Below are positions 10,269 through 19,654 of a stretch of 49,068 nucleotides of DNA, piece after piece; the first letter of the stretch is position 1, and each line of letters begins with the position of its first letter. The notes beneath the pieces were generated by a model that saw only the letters and a program-made list of their open reading frames with translations, ran no database searches and had not been told where the DNA came from. Both the position numbers and the translations under genes were made by a program. The DNA comes from Nemertoderma westbladi. Lineage: Eukaryota; Animalia; Xenacoelomorpha. The stretch is from contig JAUCBJ010001614.1 in assembly GCA_032718475.1 (NCBI GenBank), positions 1-49,068 on the forward strand, given 5' to 3'.

Positions 10269-11249
10269 ATGGCGAGCAAATTGATCAGAAAGAGAAAGGC
10301 GGAGTCAGGAGGAAAGGAGATGCTGGTGGATTTCACCGAGAGGCATCCGGAAGAGAAGACGAGAGGATACTACGAGAGGTTGGAAAGGGGTCACGCGGCA
10401 CGAGCGCTGCAGGATCACTTCCGGGAGATGCACGAACAGCGGCTGGTCGGGACCTACGGGACGCCGTCGCTGGATAACGCGATCTTCCAACACTTCCACT
10501 ACGTGGTGAAAGGGGACAAGGCGAAGTTCGGGATTCCGAAGTACCCGAGGGAATCACCGAGGAAGGACTGGAAGAGATTCATAGAGTCCGTCAACAGAGG
10601 AGGATATATGATCCTAGACGACGAGGGAACCGTGGAAGACGAGGCGGGTTCGAGACGAGGAACGGCGGGGTCGGCCAGGACCATACTCCTACATTTGGCC
10701 GCGCCAAATGGGGACATCTTCTTATTCGATCTAGGAACGTATGGGAAGAAGGACGGGCCGAAATTAAACCGGTTACCGAAAGCGGTACAAGTCTTGGTAA
10801 GAGAGAAGTCGACGACGAAAGTGGGATCAGCGATTCACGAGGATGCGGAGAGAATCATCGGTCCGGACGCCACCAACCTCCTGGATATGCAGAAGGTCTT
10901 TATGGCTATGACGGCACCGGATGGGTTGGGGGTAGTCGAAAACACAGGCCAATGCGGGGCGGTGGCAATGGGCCAATTATTGGGGCTCGTGTGCCACAAA
11001 CCGATGGATTGGGGGAAGTTCAGGGAAGAATACGGAGCAGAACTAGCGAACTCGCTAAAGTGGGGAGCGAGACCGGGAAAGCAAGAGGTATATCAATTCC
11101 GCAGAGGAGCGATAAAGGTATATCAGAAGCGATATATCCTGCAGGAAGATTGGATGATGATAAGTTTGCTTAACTTATTTATGACCGTGGTTATCGAGAG
11201 GGAACCAGGGGCATTTCTGTTATCGGGATCACCCCTAAGCTACATGTGA
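10269..11249 (+). CDS. Retrotransposon ORF3, N-terminal part: DEDDy 3'-5' exonuclease-like domain (WRN/Mut-7/EXD/RNase D-like)
   Basis: ExoI YMILDDEG; LLHLAAPNGDIFLFDL; LPKAVQVLVREKSTTKVGSAIHEDAERI (ExoII); NLLDMQKVF; ExoIII-like QKRYILQED. ATG at 10269 in the context GGAATGG. Confidence 0.75.
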   Translation: MASKLIRKRKAESGGKEMLVDFTERHPEEKTRGYYERLERGHAARALQDHFREMHEQRLVGTYGTPSLDNAIFQHFHYVVKGDKAKFGIPKYPRESPRKDWKRFIESVNRGGYMILDDEGTVEDEAGSRRGTAGSARTILLHLAAPNGDIFLFDLGTYGKKDGPKLNRLPKAVQVLVREKSTTKVGSAIHEDAERIIGPDATNLLDMQKVFMAMTAPDGLGVVENTGQCGAVAMGQLLGLVCHKPMDWGKFREEYGAELANSLKWGARPGKQEVYQFRRGAIKVYQKRYILQEDWMMISLLNLFMTVVIEREPGAFLLSGSPLSYM

Positions 11250-12823
11250 GCCTTTAAAATGGCCTTCGACGGTCTGGTAGACCACCCGGGGCTGAAGGGC
11301 GAGTCGGTGTACTATAACAGCCGGCATCTGGTAGACGGGGAGACAGATACGCCGTATCAGAGATGGGAGCAGCTAGAAACGGATAGACGAGAAGCAAAGC
11401 GACTGGAAGAAGTCGCTAGACGGGAGAGGATAGAAGCAGAGGAGAGGGAAGAGGAGGCCAGGACACAGAGTCGAGGAGACACGGCTTCGAGGAACAGGCG
11501 GGCTTAGACGAGCTTCATTGGACTTCGTCAGGGAGTTCGGGGGAGTCTCTAGGGCGAGAACTGGGATGGACGGTGGGATCACCGAAACAATCGACGTCGG
11601 GGTTGCAAGCGATGCCCATACCAGCGGGCGCCGAAGGCGACCAACCGCCAAGGAAGTTAAGGGAGTTAGAGGGATGGAGAGCCACGGGTGAGAGCCAAGG
11701 CGGGAAGGGACATAGTGGATCCATCGCGATACCGGGGTTGGAGCCACTGCCAGAGGAGGAGGAGGGCGACGACGAGTTCGGAGAGATGCCGCCCATCGAG
11801 AGGATAGGCCACTCGGACACGGACTGGGTTGGCGGAAGGGTGGTGACGGCCAGTGGGGCGAGGGCCTTCTGGAACAGATCTGGCAAGCGGACCTGGGTGC
11901 ACGAGGAGCCGGCGATGGATTTCGCGGGGAGCACTATCAGGTTGGGCGAGCAACCGGGGACGGCACCACGGATAGTATTCGGGGAGACGATGCCCGAGAG
12001 GGGCGGAGAGATCGACGTAGACAGAGACACCAACGTGGAGAAGTTCGCCTACCAGCGACTCCACAGACCGTGGAGGTCGCTTGGGACGAAAGACGACGTG
12101 GGGCGGGAGACATTGGTACTCGGCTGCGACTACTGTGGGAGACAGACCCACCAGGAAAGGAGCTGCCTGTACCGGTTCCAAAAGGGAACCTTTTGTCTCT
12201 ACTGCCGAGAACCAAGCCACAGGATGGGGGCGTGTCCACGGTTGCATAACCGATGTCCAAAGTGCCACTTTCGGGGACACTACGGACGCCAGTGCGACGG
12301 GATGGACGACGAAGAGAAGTTCAGGAGATTCGAGGAGTGGGCCGACGTTGGGGCTATGACGCGCCAGCGCATGAAGGCCCAGGAGTTCAAGTGGGGTTTC
12401 TTCCTTATCAATCAGGAGGCTCACATGGAAATCATAAAGCGGAGGCTACCGTTTACCTATCGAGAGCTAGCAACGGCGGCGTCGTATGCTGGAGTAATGA
12501 ACACACAAAGATATTTGGACAGGTGGACGCCACAGAACCGAGGGGAGTTTAGGGATTTCTTGGCGGAGCACGTACCGCAAGCAATGAAGATGATCCTATG
12601 GGACGCCACCAGAGGGAGACAACAGGGCCACTCTGAGGGGCCACCGGCGAAGCGATATCGGGCACTAATAACACCAGCACCCAAGGAGCCAACAACCGGA
12701 ATCAGCAGGGAGGTGGCGGCGAAGGTCCGAAAGCAGAAAGCGGATCCCAGAGGAGCGGTGGTAACCAAGAAACGACCCAGGGAAGAGGACGCCAGGGGGA
12801 ACTATCCCCAGAGGAACAGATAG
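11250..12823 (+). CDS. Retrotransposon ORF3, C-terminal part with three CCHC zinc knuckles (one stop and one frameshift separate it from the exonuclease)
   Basis: The frame continues past TGA 11247-11249 (same frame as 11259-11507). The frame of 11573-12823 is open back to at least 11465. Knuckles CDYCGRQTHQERSC, CLYCREPSHRMGAC, CPKCHFRGHYGRQC. Confidence 0.75.
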
Positions 12824-13525
12824 GTTCCCAGGGCTGAGGGAGAGAAACTGGGACTTGGACGTGGTACGCCTGGAAGGCGCCGCGTGGGACGTACGAACTA
12901 TTAAGTACAAATCTAATTAATGCAAATAATCATATAAGTGCAATTCGTATGTACGTACGTAGTAATTAGTAATCTACAAATATACGTTCGGAGTAAGTAC
13001 TATAGTCATACAACCTTTCTCAATTAGCTACTGGGACTGGGGGGATAACTGACTATGGCACTATGGACGAGACACCAGACAATTTCACACTTCTTGAGTG
13101 CGACGGCACAAGAGGGGGGGGGAGATTCGTCAGAAGGGATGAGGCAATCGAAGTGGGGTTGAGGAACGGAGCAATAGTGCGAAGTGCGGAGAGAGTGCGG
13201 ACGCAATTCTAGTGTGTGGGGGGGGGGAGAATAAGAGGCTGAGTGAGGGACGAGGAGGTCCGAGGGTATGAGAGAGTTAGGGTGAGAGTGGAGAAGAGAT
13301 AGGGCGAAAGTGTTGGGGAAACAAAAGTCGCGTGAGAGGTGAGCGCGATCGGCCCGACATGAGACGCCAGGCATACAGGGTAGCGTTATCATACCCATAG
13401 GGAGCGGCCTGGAAAGCCGGCTCCGAGAGAAAAGAATTCCACCCCACACCCGATACTAGATCGGGATCCAGCGGGATTGTAGCGCACTTAAGGTGGATGC
13501 TATCTTCTCACCGGGAAGATAGCAT

Positions 13526-13534
13526 GGGGGGGAG
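13526..13534 (+). promoter_or_regulatory. Polypurine tract (plus-strand primer)
   Basis: GGGGGGGAG directly before the TG of the 3' LTR. Confidence 0.85.
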
Positions 13535-14081
13535 TGTTAGCTTATTCAATCCCGCTAACACCCCATAAAGTTAAGCCGATAAGCAATATTGGGGGCCACG
13601 AGATTGGGTAATCAACCAACTCGTGCCACCCCAATAAAATGGGAAGGAGAAACACAATGAGGGTCAGGGGCCAAACCCCTAACCCAGAGAGAACAGGTGG
13701 AGTGAACGGAAACACTCCAAAGGGCGCCAACAAGGGTATCAACCAATCAGAGGGGGGAAAGGCATCGATTAGGTAGAGTAACAAGGCCAACCGTGCAATA
13801 TAGCCAGTTGGCAGTAATCATTTCAGTTCAGTTATCTCAGTATCATATTGGTGCTAGTTAGGTTAGTTAGTTTAGCTAGGGAAGGACCGGGACTTTAATT
13901 ACCGTATCCCGCCTTCTGTATACGACAACATTATTCATATACCTATATCTTTATACCCTATATCTATATCAGTTATTATATACGACGAACGACACGAACT
14001 CCTTTCACCTTTCATACACACGGCGGGGACGCGTGAACTAAACAACCGGATAAACCGGGATCCTTCCTGGATCCCGTCACA
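13535..14081 (+). repeat. 3' LTR, 547 bp, TGTTAG...GTCACA
   Basis: TG/CA termini; identity to 1-519 ends exactly at 14081. Confidence 0.97.
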
Positions 14082-15318
14082 TAGAATGCTATGAAAAAAG
14101 CATGTCAAAACTTTTGAACCAAAACTATAACCATCACAGCTAGCTATCCGATAATGACATATTGTAAGACAACTCAAAAGCGAAATCCTGAACAACTTAT
14201 GGGTGAATGAGATTAAATGATTGGATGCAATGTAAAAAACATTGCCAAGCACTCTGAACGTGAACATGCCATCTCTGGAATTCTCTTGCACGCAAGTATT
14301 GCATTTGCTTAGTATTTGTGCCATGACTCATCAGTGGACTATGAATACATTTAAATTCATGTTGACTCCATATCCACTCATACCTATACAGACAACCTAC
14401 ATGAAAATGGATTACCAGAATGATCTGAGACCTCCAAGTCCACATGATCCTTCTGACAACAAAGATATTAGATTTCGTTCCTTCATGCAAGCCGTGGCTC
14501 AAGACCTTATATATACCTATATAGATATATTATATAGACCTTATAAATATTAATAATTTGGTAGGACATGCATTGATGACCCATTTTTAGCGCCAATATG
14601 ATCTCGCCAGTTGGCAGGTGCCTCATCCATACGTATGAAGGGATGCTAAGAATGTAATGAAACATTCCAACATTCCAATATTCCTGAAAATGTCTGTAGA
14701 AGAATGTTTCGCAATAACCTTCAATTTACACTCTATGGTATAGGGGGAGGGGGGGGGGGGGGTGGATGTTAATAAAAAAAATTTATTGTGAAAAAAAGTT
14801 TCGGACAAGTAAGCAGGCCGCTACTCTTGCAATAAAGATTTGTATTTCTCATTTGTATTTTCTAAAAACGTTTCCTGTTAAGAATAATAAAAAACAAGCA
14901 ACTAAGACCGACGGATGAAGAAACAAATGCATATTAAATGCGCTTCACATAAGCTCTCTCTAAAACTATTTATCTGGTATGGTAGGTATTGGTATAGAGT
15001 ATTACATATTCCCGTAGTATCGCCCTTACAGTAGTAATTCGTGACACGCCTCACTCCGAACTCCCACTAACGTGGAGCTGCAGAACATGCCGACACCAAC
15101 ATAATTGATTTCAATCAGTTTTAAGTAAATATAAAGCCTCTTATATCCCCTACTCAGTCAGCCCTACAATGAGCCACTCCTGTCTGTTGTACCTCCCATC
15201 CTTAAGTAATTACTGAGGAGATTTAAGAATCACGAAGGAAGCATGGCTCTGTGGTGATTGCAAAGGTTACGAAAGTTGTTGAAGTCATTAAAAGCAAACT
15301 TTTAACGTAAATTTTCAG

Positions 15319-15595
15319 GCCCATGTGAAGAATACCAGACTTTCTTCCGTTATATTTCACTTGGCAGTTACCCCCATGTGAAGAATACCAGGTTTTCACC
15401 AAAACCACAGGTTACAGAAGGGCTGAATCTAACCAAAACAATAAACGAATTAGTATATGTACAGGTTATAAGACAGAAATAAGCGCTATAAAAAACTTAA
15501 TAAAGATAAATTTAAAAAAAATAAAAAATCTTCATATATAAAATTCCAATAAAAAGTCGACCGAAAAGTGAAATCCTGGTATTCTTCACATGGGC
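15319..15595. mobile_element. MITE-like element with 20-bp inverted repeats
   Basis: GCCCATGTGAAGAATACCAG at 15319-15338, an inner direct copy near 15373, and the reverse complement at 15576-15595. Confidence 0.55.
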
Positions 15596-15597
15596 GA

Positions 15598-15735
15598 ATT
15601 TTCACTGACTTTAATCAATTTTTCACTAATTGTAATCAATTTTTCACTAATTGTAATCAATTTTTCCCTAATTGTAATCAATTTTTCACTAATTGAAATC
15701 GATTTTTCACTAATTGTAATGAATTTTTGACTGAT
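15598..15735. repeat. 21-bp tandem repeat (AATTTTTCACTAATTGTAATC), about 6 copies
   Basis: Directly visible. Confidence 0.8.
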
Positions 15736-17802
15736 TTATCAACACTATATTGCATCATTTGTACCATTAATAAGATCTATTATGTTATTATGTTATTATT
15801 ACTATTATGCAATCATTATGTTGTTGCTCTCAGACACAGAAAATAAGAGTTTCCTCACCATTTCTATAATGTTTAAAGAACGCCTTAAGGAACTGAATGT
15901 CAATTCGAACAGGAAATAATTAAAATAGGCTTGTTCCGGGGGATCGATTTACATAAATCCATCTAGAGATAAGTGCATCATCAGACAGTGTACATCGATT
16001 TCAACAGGTCAGAGAGTAACAAAATTTGCACACCTGCGGATTGATTAGTTCGCATGAAATAGCAATCGGAAAAGGGCGGTCCACGCCTGGAGAAAAACTC
16101 CTCTGCCATTGCTGAGGTGTTGGGGATAAAATTCCCTCATACACTGTGCTAATTCCCTCACTGTGTACATTCAATACACAGTTACCTCTTGTACTGGTTA
16201 CCAGGGGTTAGTAGTTTAGTAGTAGCATGGTAATTTGAATGGTAAATGGTAAACATAAAAGAGGTAAACATCCTCGCTCAAATATCTGTCAACTTTTCTC
16301 ATATTTGGATCTCTCGTGTCAAATGTTCTTCGGGATCTCCGGAGGATAGCGCGTTCACCACTACCCCAATGACTACTGTCGTAAAGCAGTCAGACTGTGT
16401 TGTTGGCGATAAGGAAAGAGCCAACTGGAGGGAGGAAAGGTGGAGAGGTCTGTCATTGACAATCCTGAAACGTCTGATAAAAGACTAATAGTCTTCATAA
16501 TGCAGATGAGTTGAGGATCTGATCCCGTACTGCGGTGGTGTTGTGTTGCGGGGGCGGTTGTCATTACCTGGGCATTACATGATAGACTTTCCTACAGACC
16601 GACCGACCCAGAAACAAAGCTGCCCCAATCCACTCGATCAGAAAATTCATTTTCCAAGTTCGGCGATGTTATAAAGTATGTTTTGTCTTGAACAGCCGGG
16701 AGCCGGCGATGGAAAGTTATTGACAGTCCACCACCATGTCTGATGAAACCAGGAGAATTCCGTAGCACAGGGTTGTGAACAGCAGTTTTAGGCGGCGGGA
16801 TTACAAAGAGGTCCATTTTGGCAATGAGACGTCACCAAAATTATAACAAAGCATCTTTATTTCTTGTCCCTTGCACTATGGTCGCGCCCTTTTCCTAATA
16901 GATAGTTAATTTATTTCCCATAAAAGCCATCGTATAACCTTCATCCACAATATTATAAGTGCAGCTTATCCAATATTGTGTACCTTGCGTAACATTTGGT
17001 ATATTCAGCAGTGCCCAGCAAGAAGCAGCGCAGGCTCTACTGCTTCACATAAAATCCGCACCCTTGGGCTGATTTCTAGATTATACACGTTAAGATGATT
17101 ACATTATAGTGGTGTGGGCCTGTAATAGTGTGCAGTGCAGTGGTATATGGATAATTGGATTGGTATGTAGATATTGGTAGATTATTTTTAATATTATTAT
17201 AATTAAATAATAATATAATTTTTACAATTAGTATAATTAAAACGTATTTTTAAGAGGAACGAGTTGTAATACTATAGGAATAGATACACCTCACATTCGG
17301 CAATTGTACCCTATCGCTAATGACTCCCTGGACAAGCCTCTCATTTTTAGCGTACAAACGAATTCCTGGACGAACTCAACTACAAGATTCATTGACACAG
17401 ACGATGGCAATTAAATTTGCCCATTTCATTATCACCCTCCGTAATATTTCACACTCCATAAAACTCAAACCATCATCGCAAACACATATAAACCAAGAAA
17501 CATTGGATCTCAATATGGTATAATATAATACTTTACTTAAGAGTTGATCTTGTACCGGTATACTATAAACTGTAGACAGCCCGCTGGCAGGCTCTATACC
17601 AAGGTATATGAAGACAGGGAGGGGTGCATTAGATAATGATACTTTTTTTACCTTGTTAGATTTAACTTTACTCTCGCTGACCAGGACCATCTATTCCCGT
17701 CACTTACACGGAAATTTTGTTATACTAGCCTATATATTAAGGCTTTTATATCTAATGAATTATTCACCAGGCAACCCTTTTCTCTGAGGCGATTGCTGAG
17801 AT

Positions 17803-18053
17803 TATTTAGTTAGGATCCTATTAATATTTAGTTAGGATCCTATTAATATTTAGTTAGGATCCTATTAATATTTAGTTAGGATCCTATTAATATTTAATTA
17901 GGATCCTATTAATATTTAGTTAAGATCCTATGAATATCTAGTTAGGATCCTATTAATATTTAGTTAGGATCCTATTAATATTTAGTTAGGATCCTATTAA
18001 TATTTAGTTAGGATCCTATTAATATTTAGTTAGGATCCTATTAATATTTAGTT
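17803..18053. repeat. 22-bp minisatellite (TTAATATTTAGTTAGGATCCTA), about 11 copies; resumes at 19239-19272
   Basis: Directly visible; interrupted by the LINE insertion. Confidence 0.92.
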
Positions 18054-19238
18054 GATAAATGAGGTATCTGGTCGGAAAAGTTGTGCAAAGGGGCGCCTCA
18101 AAGCCGATAGTCCTGAAGAACGTGTTGGGAAGTGGAAAAATCAGTTCAGCAACTTGCTTGGGCAGCCACCAAACATCGAGGTCAGCCCCACAAGGAAAAT
18201 ATATGACAATACACTACCTATAGAAACAGGGGACTTCACACCTGCCGAACTCCAAAGAAGCATTAAAAGCATGTCCAATAATAAAGCGAGTGGATTAGAT
18301 GAAATCCCGGCGGAGGTATGGAAAACCGGAGTGCTAAACAGACCATTGTTTGCAACCGGATCTTAAAAGGGGAAAGGCCACCACCAATTTGGACTAAAGG
18401 TCAACTAAAGCCTCTCCCCAAGAAAGGAGACCTCGGCATACCACCAAACTATCGTGGGACCTGTCTGCTTGTGGTAGCTGCCAAAATATACAATAAAATG
18501 ATTCTATATAGGATTAGGCCTCACATAGAGAAACTACTGCGTAAGAGCCAAAACGGATTTCGACCAAGTAGATCAACAATAGCTCAGATACTAGCACCGA
18601 ATCATGACCTTTAATGTTGATGAAAACTTGACAATCATTGATAATAATCAACTAAGGAAGGTCAATGATTTCCAGTTCCTGGGATCATGGATAGAGAGTA
18701 GCAAAAAGGACATAGAAGTTAGGAAAGTAAAGGCTTGGGTAGCTCTATCAAAAATGGATACCATCTGGAAATCAGATCTCTCCAGGCACCTGAAGACTAA
18801 GTTCTTTCGAGTCACAGTGGAAAGTGTATTTTTATACGGGGGTGAGACCTGGACACTGACTAAATCACTTGAACAACGAATTGATGGTTGCTACACAAGA
18901 CTACTAAGGGCAGCCCTAAACATCAGCTGGAGACAACACATGACAAACGCCGAGCTTTATGGTACAATACCACTTGTATCAACCACACTCTGTGAACGCA
19001 GATTAACATTCAGTGGGTACTGCTGGCGAAGTAGAGATGAGGTCATACCAGATCTACTTCTCTGGCAACCAACTCATGGAAAGCGTAGTCGTGGACGACC
19101 GGCCATAACATATATAGATCAACTTGAAAGGGATACTGAACTTTGGAGAAACGAAATTGCGACAACTATGGAGAATCGGAAGCCTGGAAGGATCTCATTT
19201 CCACTGTCCGAGTTCGCTCGACCTAGTAGTAGTAATAG
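18054..19238 (+). mobile_element. 5'-truncated, internally deleted RTE-like non-LTR retrotransposon
   Basis: NKASGLDEIPAEVWK, PLPKKGD...NYRG, QNGFRPSRSTIAQI, then directly FQFLGSWI...LYGGETWTLT...GKRSRGRP; (AGT)n-like tail; flanked by TAATATTTAGTT on both sides (possible TSD). Confidence 0.88.
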
Positions 19239-19279
19239 TAATATTTAGTTAGGATCCTATTAATATTTAGTTCACGTAC

Positions 19280-19654
19280 CTGATAACGGTCCCAACTCAT
19301 ACAAGTGAGGATGAATGTGGTACTCGCCAGCGTGACTATCTGCCCGTAAACCAGAATCTTACACGCCTCCGGACCCAAAACCCACTCCCCGAAGGCGACA
19401 AACAATATCTCTGTAGTCATGGTAACCAGACAAACAGCGAGGTCCCCGACGGCGAGGTTTATCATAAATATTCCGACTCGGGTTTGGGGAGTTCGTTTAC
19501 GGGACTTTCCCACGAGGACTTTGATGATGATGGTGTTGCCGACAATAGTGGTTACCATGGTTACGGCTATTATGCACACTCTGATTTTGTCCCAGTAGGT
19601 TAGGTTGTCGGCTGGAGGGGATGCAGCAGTCACGTTGACTGCGAAATCAGCCAT
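19280..19654 (-). CDS. First coding exon (N-terminus to TM3/DRY) of a class A neuropeptide GPCR of the vasopressin/GnRH/CCAP receptor superfamily
   Basis: MADFAVNVT...IVGN (TM1), FMINLAVGDL (TM2), WVLGPEACK, MSWDRYQ; phase-0 GTACGT donor after Q; TTTTTAG acceptor at 19691-19697; in-frame stop upstream of the ATG. Confidence 0.92.

Larger units (their letters stand above)
1..14081 (+). mobile_element. Bel/Pao-type LTR retrotransposon, about 14.1 kb, with an extra exonuclease/zinc-knuckle ORF
   Basis: Direct LTRs at 1-519 and 13535-14081; PPT before the 3' LTR; pol in PR-RT-RH-IN order with Bel/Pao-style motifs (YYLPLH, RMVVDAS, LNDYLLEGP, FYVDD, YDPLGLASP, PKLELTAA, WTDS, NPADLLSRG, SDNGTNFVGA, YWRRWVEEYL). 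The TSD cannot be checked because the left flank is outside the window. Confidence 0.96.

Noticed and set aside
10269-12823. env gene
   Set aside because: No evident signal peptide, fusion-protein cysteine pattern or C-terminal membrane anchor; motifs fit an exonuclease and zinc knuckles.
557-13449. Many minus-strand and alternate-frame ORFs across the retrotransposon
   Set aside because: Shadow ORFs of the purine-rich coding strand with no recognisable motifs.
13542-13790. 82-aa hydrophobic antisense ORF within the LTR
   Set aside because: Starts at TTG, and its hydrophobicity follows from the A/G-rich plus strand; no other support.
16246-16830. GC-richer segment with short ORFs as a possible second GPCR exon
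   Set aside because: The frames I read gave no TM4/TM5-like peptide; identity unknown.
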